Part shown: positions 15,100 to 28,903 of the stretch, piece by piece | Numbering within the stretch: position 1 is the stretch's first letter | How the letters are laid out: the number at the start of each line of letters is the position of its first letter | NCBI GenBank assembly: GCA_012295275.1 | Contig: CM022669.1 | Location: 17,856,001-17,920,000 of the forward strand | Length of the DNA stretch: 64,000 bases | Direction: 5' to 3' | DNA from: Chrysomallon squamiferum | Taxonomy: Eukaryota; Animalia; Mollusca | Made by a program: the position numbers and the translations under genes | Notes under the pieces: generated by a model | Database searches by the model: none | Told to the model about the DNA's origin: nothing | The model's input: only the letters and a program-made list of their open reading frames with translations

Positions 15100-16494
15100 T
15101 CAAACTATCTTGTTTCAAAGTTTGTCAGAAATAAATGTCATTATGGAATGTTTCAAACTGTATAAAAAGTTTTCTCACTGTATACCATAGTTGTTTGTTA
15201 TACATTCCAGTGAGTACAGAGAAAACACACTGGTTTCCATTTCACACCTGACAGCTATCAGAAACAATTATTAATATCAATTTAATCCAGCTTGATAATG
15301 CCTACATTTAGAAAAAAAATGAAATTCTATTAGTATATAATTTAATCCTTGAAAATTTATATCATTTACTTGATATACAGTTTCTATTTTCATCCTTTCT
15401 TTTTCCTGCTTTTTCTCATTGAAAAATATTTTTTAAATGATAATTTTAAAATAATGTTGAATAGTTGGTATGTTTAGCTATTGTAATACAGTTTCTATGT
15501 ATGAAAGAGAAAGAAAGAATGAAATAAAGAGTGTGACTAAAATAGACATATACACACACATAGCACTATTCAAGTAAAAACAAAAAATAAATTAAAGCCT
15601 CTACAAGGAAATAGGAAATGCAAATAAGTTATCAACAGTATTACAAGCTAACTTGCGAATTAAATTATGTAATTTACAAGCAAATAAAAAACAAAACCCA
15701 AAACAGTACTAAATCACTGATAATCTACTTTACTAAACAATACTAAGTATATATTCATAAATTAATTTTAATATTTCAAAAATATCTCATATGTTATCTC
15801 TGAACACATAAACAATGATAAAGGGGGAAAACATTTATATAATTTGTTTTAGGATTTTTATTGCCTGAACTAATTTTTCCTATTTTTTTATTTACATCCT
15901 ATTATTACCATCATCTTTATTATTATCATCATCATTATAATTATAGTCATTATTTAGTTATGTAAATTATAAAATATAGCTTTTCACTGTATAAAACTTA
16001 CCGTGAGAAGTTTTCTTTGTTTTTCACTCTATGGTCAGCTTACATGATTTACATCTTATATAAATGTACCTAAGAATGACTCAAGTTGTGAACATATTGT
16101 ACACATATGTTTTTTATTAGTGAAATAACAACACAACAGAGTCAATGTGTGAAAACAAGGAGTGACTGTAACATGGGAAAATAATAAGTTTACTGATATT
16201 AATAATAATAATAATAATTGTTATTATTCTTATTATTATTTTATTATTGTCATCATTATCATGATTATAATTATTATTTACTATTACTATTACTGTTAAC
16301 AATGTAGAAGACGATGATGATAACCATTATTATTATTATTACTAAAAATGTACATTATTATTTTAAAAACATACCTTATTATAAATGTCTGGAAAAGCCA
16401 ACAGAATATATGCATCAAAAACTGTGTGTCTCCAAAAAAAAGAGAAGAAATTCATCAGTTATTTTAAGTCCTAAAATCAAGCAAAATTAACCTT

Positions 16495-17615
16495 CAAAAC
16501 AGCAGCAGTTGCAGTGAGTCTTAAGAACAGCTGATAATTAAATTCAAGGCAGCAGCATCAAGTCATATTAAAACAGCTGAAAAATTTCATAACATCAGCA
16601 GCAACATGTCTTGAAACCAGCTGGGAATTAATTTGACGAATTGCAGCAGCAAATCTTATAAACAGCTGACAGTAAATTTCAGGAGAGCATAAATTAGTGT
16701 TAAAAACAGTTGGTATCTAACCATAAAACCTCATCATTCAAATGCTTAGAAACAGCTGAAATCTAATTGTAAAATATTATCATTCTAAGTTTTAAAAACA
16801 GCTGATATCTAATGGTAAAATACCATCATTCAGTCTTAAAAACAGCTGATATATAATTGTAAATTATAATCTTTCAAAGACTTAAATGTAGCTTTTGACT
16901 GAGTGTAAGCCTCAAAAATGTTATCACATTATAACTGAATGAACAAGTCTTTTGATACAGTTGACAAATCACAAGAAATTATTCACAACAGTAAATCATG
17001 AAAACAGTTGCAAATGTTTCACAATAAGTAAATAGAGGAGCTGAAATTCATTAGCAAGTCTTGAAAACAGCTGATAATGATAACACTATATGATGCAGTT
17101 TTTAAAAACATCACATATGAGATTTAGAAACTTTTACTATTTAAAAAAAAAAATGACTGATGATAACATGAGATAACTATTTTTAAAACAGCTAATGACA
17201 GTATCATCTGACACATTAAAAATGTAACCGTTTTAAAAACAGCTGACAACACACTATACTTAAGTTAAAAAAACATATGATAAAACCTAAATATGAGTTT
17301 TAAAAACAGCTGATGACACAGTAGTATACAACACTTAAAAATGAGAAAGTTTTAAAAACAGCTGATGACAGAGTATACTATGAGTTTTAGAAACAGCTTA
17401 TGACACTGTATACTATTTAAGTGCTAAAAACAGCTGATGACAAAGTATACCATGTAAATTTTAAAAACAGCTGATAACAGAGTATACTATTTAAGTGCTA
17501 AAAACAGCACAGTATACTATAACACTTTAAAAACAGCTGCTAACAGAGTATACTATTTAATTGTAAAAAACAGCACAGTATACTATAGCACTTTCAAAAA
17601 CAGCTGATGACAAAG
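16495..17615. repeat. Degenerate tandem array built around aaaaCAGCTGa (45-bp period in the first part, ~30-50 bp later)
   Basis: CAGCTG or a near match at 16528, 16574, 16618, 16663, 16707, 16753, 16799 and 16843, then repeatedly to 17601. Confidence 0.8.
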
Positions 17616-17656
17616 TACAAGACACTGGCATTGTCTGCAAGGTTTATCAAACTTAC

Positions 17657-17689
17657 AGCAAGACGGATCAACCGGATACATGTTGACAT
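17657..17689 (-). CDS. Candidate alternative first coding exon (11 aa): MSTCIRLIRLA
   Basis: GCT|gtaagt donor in phase 0, upstream in-frame TGA and local CpGs. Shares MxTCIR with the 10396 candidate. Confidence 0.4.
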
Positions 17690-18394
17690 CACCTCAGACT
17701 CAAGACTTGGTGTTCAGTGAATAATAAATCAATAGAGTCGTAGTAAATGTGATCACAGAACAGTTGATGAGCACACTCAGCTGATAAAACCACTTTGCTT
17801 TCCTTCACCAAGCAGGAAATTCAGCCTCACCAACAGTTAATAAGAAAGAAAGAAAAATATGCTGGCTGCCAGTATGGTTATCATTATGTCTTTGTGAATT
17901 CGTAATCACAGCAGAGTTCTTACCATACATTACCTATATACTTTACATATATATTAATTTTTACGTATGTTCACTAACATATATGCCAGCTGACAAGGAT
18001 ATCGGAATTGCAGTTTAGCTAAAAGACTTTTTGGCAGTGATGAATGGGTCATGAGAGACGAGAATTATATATACGTAACTACTGTTATTGATGTTCAAAA
18101 TGAGTGAGAGGCGTTGAAACTGTATATTTCTTCAACAATGAAAGCAAGAATTCCTGGCAACATGTTGCAACAATTATAACAATTTTGTATTCAATATTTT
18201 AAACTTGTTTGTCAAGATCAATGATATTTCTCAAAACCAAGGCATTTTAATCAATGCGGTATTCATTTATCTTAAAATGTGAAATATTAGTTTATATCTG
18301 TGCTGTCCTGTTCTAATTAATGTCAAAATGAGAAATATTACTTTGTTTGTCTATGTAACATAGACAGTGAAATGTTTCATACATTTAAATATGT

Positions 18395-18750
18395 AATGTG
18401 TAATTCTGTAATAATTTATTCTATACTAGATATTGAATTATTTTCATTATGTATGTAATTCTGAATTATTTATCCTATACACATAAATGTTTTATTTATC
18501 TATGTATAAAATTCATTATTAATTTATCTTCAGTACTGAAATTTCTTTAATATCTGCTTTGAGTACTTTAGAACTAACTTTAATAAACTTATCTTCATTA
18601 TCAAAATATTTTCATTATCTTGTATGTAATTCTGTATTAATTTATCCTGAATACTGAAATATTTTCATTATCTATATAATCAAGTATTAATTTATCTAGA
18701 TACTGAAATATTTTCATTATCTCAGTATGTAATTCAGTACTAATTCACTT
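18395..18750. repeat. Degenerate ~50-bp tandem repeat (aattctgtattaatttatc...tactgaaatattttcattatct)
   Basis: Several recognisable copies. Confidence 0.65.
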
Positions 18751-19957
18751 TAAATCATAGACTATCTTCTGTACTTTAATATTTTAAATATCCGTGCTTT
18801 ATAATACTTACCATGTTATAATTACTATATTCTAAACAGAAGGGGTATACAGCTGTTTCAGATTTACCCTCACAACAATAATTAAGTTAAACATTTAAAA
18901 AGCACCTGCTCTAAAACAGCACATTTTCAGACTGGTTGTCTCAGAAGACAAATTCAATTATCAATAAAGGATGTTTGTCAGATGAGAATCAATCAATAAC
19001 AGCTTTTCTATTTAGAAAAAATAAATGTTTTAAGTTAATTATTATTTAACTTCAGCAAAATATAAATATTTTCATATATTATTTTTTGTTAACTTTGTAC
19101 ATCTTCAGTCTAGTACAGAGAGTGAAAAGCAAATTAATTAAATCTGAACATGTGTGTACAGTGTGACCAATATTTCTTCAAAGACTGAGTAAAAAAACCT
19201 GTAACGCAATAACAAAACAGACTTTAAAAATAAGACTTGCAGAATTATTTCCCTTTGATTTATTCTCCAGTGATGAAATAAAAAAATATATATATCACAT
19301 AAAGCAATTCTCACATTCACAAATTGTCTTTTTATTTATTTATGAATTTATTTTTATTTATTTATTTATTTTATTTTTAATTTTTAATTTTTAAAATTTT
19401 ATTTTTCATTTATAACTTGGTAACACAAGAAGACATTTTAAATCTACTTTTGTAGTGTCATACATCTTGTTAAGGAACAAGTTATATCCTGATCCCTCTT
19501 GAATATAAATAAGAATAAAACTTGATAATACATCTACGTTTTAATTATACTAAATAATAAATGCATTGTAGAGAGAGAAATTACATTTTTCAAAATGCCT
19601 CAAACTTTTGATCAAATTAATTACTGATACGTAGCTAAAATGTACACATGATAAATGAATAATTTTGCATTTTACATGAAAAAAAAAAAAACACTTTTGT
19701 AATATAAATTATACTGCTTATAGCTTACCTACCAAGAACAGAATTAGTGTGAAGCTTACAAAAGAAAGACACTGTTTGCTAGTTGTATTTAATCTGATAT
19801 TGTGTTTATTCACTATTGTATATATTTTTTTTGAATGAATATATCAGCATGAAACATACATATGAGTGCACATAACATATGAAATATTAAAATTAATTTG
19901 TTATTTTCATGAAATTTGTATGGTTTTTAACCAGTGAGATATTAACAAAAAAATATT

Positions 19958-20025
19958 CTGACATCCAGTGTGAGATTTGAACACAAGATTCTGAGATTAC
20001 TGGTCACTTTCTCTACTGACTTGAA
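19958..20025 (-). mobile_element. Possible degenerate tRNA-derived SINE head
   Basis: Minus strand reads agtcagtagag...gaccagtaatctcagaatcttgtGTTCAAATCtcac, with A-box-like and B-box-like motifs at tRNA spacing. No intact cloverleaf. Confidence 0.3.
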
Positions 20026-21018
20026 TAAAATTTGGGATTTTATTTGTATCATATGAAAACTATAATATGCAAGAAGAAATGTGATATTTTTTGGAAAGAC
20101 AGATCAAGAAAGATGCTAGGCTCAAAAGCATAGAAACCAAAGAGTAATAAGCTCAACTCTTTGAATTTTGAATGTATCTATAAGCAGGATTAAAGTTTTG
20201 TGATAAATTTGTCATGGTTAATAGTAATTTTTTAAATGAATATATGTTACTTCTACATTTTCTTAACAGATTACTATGAAAATATCTTTAATGCAGTCTG
20301 CAGACAGAATTAAAATTGTCACAGTTTTCAGTATATTTGTGGAGGTGGTAGTGTATTTATGTATCTTTCTATCCAATATATGGTAAAGCTGTACTGAAAT
20401 TTTCATCAGAAATACCAACTTTGAAAAGGTTTGATAATCTTTAAAACACACTGGGAAAATAATTATAAAAAAAGAGTTATGCCCCTTTAAAAATACCGTT
20501 TTCTTATTTGTAACATTTCCCCTCCCCTATTTTAATGTTTTAAAGACATAAAAATTGTTTTAAATTTACTTTACTTTTGTTTCGCTATGCTTTCAAGGCA
20601 AGCTATAAAATTTACACTAAATATGTTGTTACAGTAATAAATTTTAAAAGAAAAGAAAGAAGTAAAATGTTTTACTGATGGACACATTAATAAGTTCAGA
20701 CATTTATACACTCACATTTCTCTCTTATTAAATGATCTTTTGTATCTTTCTGCATACTTCATTTTCCAACTAGTTTGTCATAAATGGTTTAAATAACAGT
20801 AGCAGGTTGCATGTGTGGGGAGGGAAGCACATTTGTAATACCTGTTTATATAGCATTGTAGACTATAAAGTTAACAATAGAAGAAATATATTAAAAAAAA
20901 TCATTTGCTACTGATTTCTTCTTGCATGAACTGTATAGTGTATAGTGCTATATAAGCAAAGACTACAGAAATTAGCTTTTCCTTCCATATTCACAAACAC
21001 ACATACAGACAGGTACAA

Positions 21019-21049
<31 letters not shown>

Positions 21050-21124
21050 GGTACACACACATATACACACAGATATATATATACACACACACATACACAC
21101 AGGTACACACACATATACACACAG

Positions 21125-21157
<33 letters not shown>

Positions 21158-24100
21158 GTACACACACATATACACACAGATATATATATATACACACACA
21201 CACATACACACAGTCAGAGATTTAAAGTGTTTTCTTTACACATGCATACATACATACATACATACATAAATACATAAATGCTATATATGTATATAAAATA
21301 GTATTTAAGTTTTTAGTTTTTCTGTTAGCTGTTATGTGGTGGTATATTTTATACAGTAAAAATGAATGCAACAGCTGTACTCATTGATTGGTAGTATTAT
21401 ATACAGTCAGCTTGCTCTGTTCACTGTCCTCACATTTCTATCACAGGCAGTGGATAGCACCTTTTATTTGACAGACATAATTACAAACCAGAATGTCCAA
21501 TAACTAATAATTTTATATATTATTTATAGCTGCATTCTGTATACAAACACACACACACACACACATACACCCACACACATTCTCACACACATGCACACAT
21601 ATATACACACACACACAGTCATTAAAACAACTTGCATACAAACATATTGAGACAGATACATATATATGAAAATAGTTGATAAGATATTCTTGTATGCATG
21701 TATATATAAAAATATCTATCCATTAACACACATATACAAAATACACACATTGATAACCACATATAGTCAAATATCCATCCTCAGATACATACACACACAC
21801 ACACACAGACATATGAGCAAACATAAATGCACAGCCTGACAACTAAACACAGACACACACACATTTACGTTTTGATATATGAACATGTATTTGCCAGTTA
21901 ACAGGTGTCGCAATAAAAATGGCATATAACCTATAAGCTTACACTTTTCTTTGTGTTAAATTAGATATTTACATAAGCAGATAAGAAATATTTCCACCTT
22001 GATAAGACTGAGAACCTAGTTGATCTTGTCCAAATCTCACTTTTACTAGTTTTATTAGTACTGTGATACTTCATCTTCCATTTTGTGTAATATATGTATC
22101 ATGTCTTTAATTATGTATGAATATGATTCACATCTTCAATAATGCATACTTAGGTGTATCATACATTTTATTATGTATAAATGTATGTTTCATGTTTATG
22201 ATTGTATATAAATATGTTTCACATCTTCAGTTAACACTATTTCACATATTCTGTTAACTTTTAATTATTGAATTTCTGGATTATTATTCATCTAGTCCCA
22301 AATTCCTAATTTAAAGAATAATATCCTACAACAAATAGTATTATTATTCACCAATTCACTCCATAAAATATACAAAATCTGACAATACTGAAAAACCTTT
22401 ACACCTACAGTACCACTTGTATACAACAACAATGTAATGATTTTCCAGTAGCATTTGCATTAACCTTTCATCTTTACCCACTTCAGGTAGCCACTTTGGT
22501 GGGTGGGTCTTTAATCCACCCAGAAACAGGTGGGCACTTTATCAATGTCAAATATCTTCTGCGGACACAAATGACGTGACAAACATTATTTGGCTTCTTT
22601 GAGGAGCAAATTCGAGTTGAATCTTTGGAACTGCCAGTAAAAGTGAAGACCTCCATTCATCATGCATGAAGTGTCAATATTTCACTCAAACAGAAGCTAA
22701 TGTGGCCTGCACATTTGTGTACACCACTCTGAAACATACACCTCTGCTGCGTCACGGTAGTTTGAAAAAGGAAAATAAAAATCCTTATTTCCTTATTCAG
22801 AAATAATTTGTCATGTCATAGAAGTGAAATAATGTGTAGAGATTCATAGCACCGTGGGAGAAAAAAAATCATCAACAATTGGTATACATTTCAGAATATT
22901 CTACAACTGTTTAGCTGCAGAAACATTTAAAGTTATTGTTGTTGTTGTTGTTGTTGCTGATGTCATCATCATCATCACCATCATTATGAAGGATACTTTG
23001 TTGAAAATTATATAAAAATTTTTAAAAACTTTTTAATTAAAAGGGAATGACAATAAAATCAATATAACTAAATGTAATTCCATTATGAATAAATATAATT
23101 AGTTTTAGATTGATTTGCCCATTTATAACACACACACACACACACACACATGCATATTTATATAGAATTTATTTGTCTTCTTAATTAATCAAAAACTGAA
23201 ATAAATTCAACATAATCAAATGCAGGTTATAGTAAATAAGGTAATATATTTTAAACTGTTTTGCCAAGACAGTTATGATACATAAAATAAAAATAAACTT
23301 ACCAAATATCATTTTACAATGAATAAATATTACAAAGATTATATGTAAGAATCCTTCTTAATTAATCTAGAACTGAAATTCAGTATAATCAAACAGGTTC
23401 ATTATAAATAATGACACAAATAATAAACTGATTGCTAAGATACAAACTATTAATAATAAAAATAAATAAATAAATAAAAACTTTTGTTAAGTAGAAAAAC
23501 ATTGTGTAAGCAAATACATGATGAAGAAATATTATAAAGGTTATACATAAAAAAACACAACCCCCCCCCAACTTTATAGTTAATCAAGAATTGAGTTATA
23601 GGTTTGTGATGAATAGGTAACACATTTCAAATTCAGTATAAAATATGTTCCACATAGCAAATATAATTTCACGACTGGACAAATATCACAAAGACTGCAC
23701 ACAAAAACTGTTATTAATTCATCAAAAACTAAAACAAATTCAATATAATCAAAACAGGTTCATGATGAATAAGGTAACATATTTTAAACTGTTTTGCTGA
23801 GTTAGGTCTGGTCACGATTTCTCTTGTTGTTGTGGTAGTAATATTGATGTATGTAGTTGCTGCTGCAGCTGTTGCAGGTAAGTAGTAATATAATGCCAAT
23901 GTACCTTTCCACACATTATTCAACCAACGATGACTAACAGGAGTACAAAGAAAATATAACATGGATTTTTTCAGATTATTTTTTCATTCTAAAACATTAT
24001 TTTTTTTTTTCCTAAACAGTTTTTATTACACCAGATACAAAACCTGTTAATTATTCCTTAATATTATATGAAAAAATATTTCCTTAATATTATATACAAA

Positions 24101-25827
24101 ATAATACTGAATCAGATCAAATATTGCTGATTTGGGCTGAAGCATAAAATGACCATTAGTACATTTTAACTTTTGTTTATTTCAAACAAGCATCCATTTA
24201 CTAGCTAATCTAAAGAGATAAAAAGAGGTAACCTTTTCTTTTTTCCTATGTAAAATACAAACCTGGACCAATAAATACTTCTCTATATTATTACAAATTC
24301 ATTTAAAAAAAAAAGAAGAAAAAAAAAAAGATAAATTTATTCAAAATGAATAATAAACCAGCTTTATTGATAAATTGAAGGATTTATTTTAATTTTGTTT
24401 ATTTTTAGTAATTATTTCTTTCCTAATGCATATGTAAACTTTCTCATATTTTTTGCTTGTGTTAATCATCAATGCATTGATTATTTCCTTCTTAAAACAT
24501 ATTTAAATTATTTCATGTCTTCCTTCATGCTTCTTAAATAAGAATTAGGGACATGCTGTAGCTCAGCACAATTTTTAACAGTGAATAAAAAACAATAAAC
24601 CACACTTGAAATTTGAAAAAGCAGCTGTTCTTCCACAATAAATAATATGAATGTAAATTAATACCATAATACAAATCATCATTGGAAAATACATTTATTA
24701 TAAAAATGTATATGGAGAGGCTGCAGAATCTCATCAGAATATTATATCAGTGCTGTCAGTATAATTTTTTAGATAAGTCTAATTTAAAAAAAACAAAAAA
24801 AACATCATAGCCTAAATAAGAACTGATGAATATACTAGATAAAGTTTGTTTCCATTATGCAACAGAAAAAAATCCCTAAAACATTATTAGCCAAAAAACA
24901 GTGGTGGTGAATGCAAGATAATGTTAATTTCATTATACAGAAGAAAAACAAAAACTCTTAAATATTATTATTCAAAACCAAAGCTGGTGCACATACTAGA
25001 AAAAAAGTTATTCATTATATAGAAAAGAAATCTATAAAACATCACTAGCGAAAATTAAGTGGAAGTGCATACAGCAAATGTGTTGTCCCTTCTAGATCTG
25101 ATTATTATGGTTTTATTCCATTGTTTAATTAACAACCCACAGAAAAGTTTCCTGGCTACAAGAATAAGAAAAGGAATGCCAAGTTCTGTTAATGAATGTG
25201 ACCTGAGAGGACTTATAACACAGCATTGTGAGTATCCATGCATAAGAAATGCAGTAAAGTCATGTTTCAGCTGTTTGCTTTCAGGCTCAACATTTTTGAC
25301 TGAGAAAATACTGGTAAATAAAATGAACAACTTTATGTCAAGTGCTATCAACATTTTAAGTCTGAGTCATCTGAAAGTGTACATTTTGATAGTATATATA
25401 TATATAGTGACCAAAATAGATAATAATAACTTCCGAAGAATTTGTTTTATTTGAACTTAGTTACCAATCTTTGCCAATAATAAAGTTTGGCTGTACAAGG
25501 TTGCTTAGAAAATGACATTCAGTGTGATGTTATTTCATCTGCATTAATGTTAAAACATATATTTATATTTAAAACGAAAATACTACTAATAAAATGAAAT
25601 AATAGTAATACTAACAACAAAATTACTCATAACATAAAATGAGTAAATAATTGTAATAGTACTGAATTTAGAGTTTATCCAGGAATATTTTCATTTTGGG
25701 GAATAAATGGTTTTGCAATAAAAAGGAAAAATGTTACCTAATTCATTCTCACAAACTTATTATTTTATTGGCAAATTTTAAATAACAGTCACTAGAAAAA
25801 TATAACAAAAGAAAACAATAACTTGAG

Positions 25828-25892
<65 letters not shown>

Positions 25893-27162
25893 CTTGTAAG
25901 TATGATGTATTTAGATTCTCTACTACCACAATATCATAGTGCTTTATACAAAGAAAAAAAAAAGGTAAGGAAAAGAATTTTAATCTATCTGTTTTGAAAA
26001 CAACCATAAAAAAAAAGGAAGGAAATGAATTAAAAAAATTAAAAAAGGAAGAGATACAAAAAAAAAATGAACATGGAAAATAAAAATACACTATTTATAT
26101 TCTATATCTCTATAAAAATATAAGCATAAATTTATCCAAGTGTCCTTATAAACCCTTCTTGGTCTGTGTTTCCCCGGACATCCATTCAGCTCGAGCAATC
26201 AGGCATTGGATTGAGTATCATGGCTAAAGCATTCTGAATAACAGCGTTGCCCGAACAAAAGGCTTTGTGTTAGTAAACACAATATCTAGACTGTTGGTGT
26301 CGCAGGGTTCCTACTCGGGTGGAAGACAGCTGTTGAACAGAGTTGAAAGGTATACACGATACGAAAGAACTGTTTGATAACACAAGTGAAAGACTTGAAA
26401 AAAAACTGGCAACTCGACTCCTGGCTGTGCACCATTTTAAAATCCATTAATTGAAATACAAATAACTTTTTCCTCAATTAGTACCAAGAGAGAGCGTTTT
26501 TCAAAGGTAACATACTTTCCAGCAGCTGTATAGGAACAATTTTTTTTTTTTTTTTTTTTTTTTTTATTTGTACTTGGAAATAGTGAGTAATGTAGGAAAG
26601 CTCTTGTATGGGTATTGGCACTTCAGTACAAAATGTTTAATATGATATTACTGGTAATAGAAATGTCAGTGTATGCAATCATGTAATAACATGACAGGGG
26701 GTGTGTGTGTGTGTGTGTGTGTGTGTAAACATAAATCTATATACATATACAGACTTTTTAAAAGAAAGTAGTTAAAACAATTTAATTATATATTATTTCA
26801 TCTATTTGCATTTATGACTATATATATATATATATAATGAAATATATCAAAATTGCATTAACATTTGCTCTTACAAAGACATAATTATTCATATAAGTAA
26901 ATTTATTTAAAGAAAACATTTATTTAAGGAAACCTGTCTGTCAAATGAAATATATTTTATTGAATTTCTGTTTGTGTCTATCTATATATATGTAAATGTG
27001 TCAGTATGGTTTAGAATGTACACATTATTTTGATATGTAGTTATAGATATTGATTTTTATGCAAAAATTCTGAAAAACGAATAATAGATTAACTTTGAAA
27101 AAATATAATAAATTAACAAATAAATAAAAATAATAACAAGACAGTATGTTTTATGTATGAGT

Positions 27163-27209
<47 letters not shown>

Positions 27210-27712
27210 CATAAGCATACACATGTATATATGTGTATGCTGTCAAGGTATGTTTAGTAGATGTATGCCAAATATCAATTAGACATAAAACAAATAAAAA
27301 ACAGAACAAAATAAATGACATCATGCTTCTTTTCCGTTTATGCACTGAAATCTATACATTTAAAAAAAAACTGAAACCTTAGTTTGTTTAGGTATGCATT
27401 AAGATTTCCTGTGTTGACTATAGGCAGTGCCTTTTAACACTTGTCTTAATCTGTGCTTGCTTTATCTTCTCCCATTTAATTGTGAGTCAACACACAGTTT
27501 TCACACAGAGAACCAAATATGCTACGTTTTAAAACCAGAATTTCAGTTAGTCAAACCAAGATAGATAAAAAGTTCTATACCTGATTCACACTAACAATTT
27601 AAAATGTCAACAGAATTTAAAACAAATAAGTTAAAATGTCTTTTAGTTGTCCATAGAAGTAAATACACACATATTTTGTGTGTGTGTGTTTATTGAGAGA
27701 AAAGTAGAAAAA

Positions 27713-27749
<37 letters not shown>

Positions 27750-28725
27750 AAGACTGAAATGGGAAATGGTCAAATATGCACACCACTGAAAACTGACCAA
27801 CCAATCTGTCAGACCAATACCATTGGGCTACTTTGCTAATATTTATCAAAATAAGTATGTTCATACACAGATGTGCCAAATAATTTTTCGCTAGTGTCAC
27901 TTACATTCTGGATGAAATGAATATTTTTACATTTTTCATCAACTAAGATATAAACTCTGTATCACTTTGCTAAATGTTTAATAAACTGCTACACAATATT
28001 GATATTGGTTCATTGGTCACCGTGGAAACCAAGCTGGTTCAGATTTTATCTGAATCTGTTCTGTTTTCAGAAAAAAAGTGCATAAAAAAGATAACTGCTA
28101 ATAATGATTTTTATTTGTGATGTGTTACCATAGCTTAATTGTTTTTGATTTTTTTTCACTAGAAACCCATATAATTTATTTTCAAACAGCTGCCAGTTTA
28201 AGAAGGTTTGTTGTTTTCTCATTCTCTAAACTGAAGTATGTTAATCCTAACCATGTTTGCAACATTTTTTAAAAGATTTTATTTATGTATAAAAAATTAA
28301 CTGGAACTTTTATCATTGTTTTATTACAATGAAGTTATTACACAATGAATATAATTACATCTTTTCTATATGTGTTTGACATAAATATGTATCCTTGAAC
28401 ATTTGTAATGTAATTCAGACAAATAAGAAACATCTTCAATATGGCCGCCAAAAACTATGGTTTTGTTCTAACATGTTCTTAATGTCTGAGTTCTGAAAAT
28501 GTAAATAAAATTCCTCATACATACTGTACTGATGTAAAATTGATATTGTTTTGTAATTAGGAAGAAAATGTTAATAATACTTCACCTATACACTTCATTA
28601 TTATTATATTATTATATTATCATTTTGTAATTAACATGAAAGCATAAATAAAAATCCACAAACATACCATACTTATGTAAAATCAATACTATTTTGTAAT
28701 TATGGTGAAAATGTTTAATAACACA

Positions 28726-28903
28726 CCTCATACATACTGTATCTATGTTAATTATTATTGTTTTGTAATTGAAATGAAAATATTGTTAGATGAAAACTGT
28801 ACCTAATGTAATAAAAGTCCTCATACATACTGTAGCTATGTTAATTATTATTGTTTTGTAATTAAAATGAAAATATTGTTAGTTGAAAACTGTACCTAAT
28901 GTA
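28726..28903. repeat. 93-bp-period tandem duplication, with older degenerate copies back to ~28500
   Basis: cctcatacatactgta...gaaaactgtacctaatgta occurs at 28726 and 28819 with few mismatches. Confidence 0.85.

Noticed and set aside
16495-17615. CRISPR-like appearance (constant motif with variable spacers)
   Set aside because: The spacers are related to each other, the constant part is only ~11 bp, the context is a eukaryotic intron and there are no cas genes.
14115-21277. ORFs rich in HTHT/CVCV/IYIY (also LSLS/ERER and poly-F/I ORFs elsewhere in the track)
   Set aside because: They are translations of (CA)n, (TA)n, (GA)n, (TAA)n and poly-A/T tracts, not genes.
25055-25454. Overlapping 131-aa (+) and 99-aa (-) ORFs as a possible nested gene
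   Set aside because: No recognisable domain, non-ATG ORF starts and no supporting splice structure. Compatible with chance.
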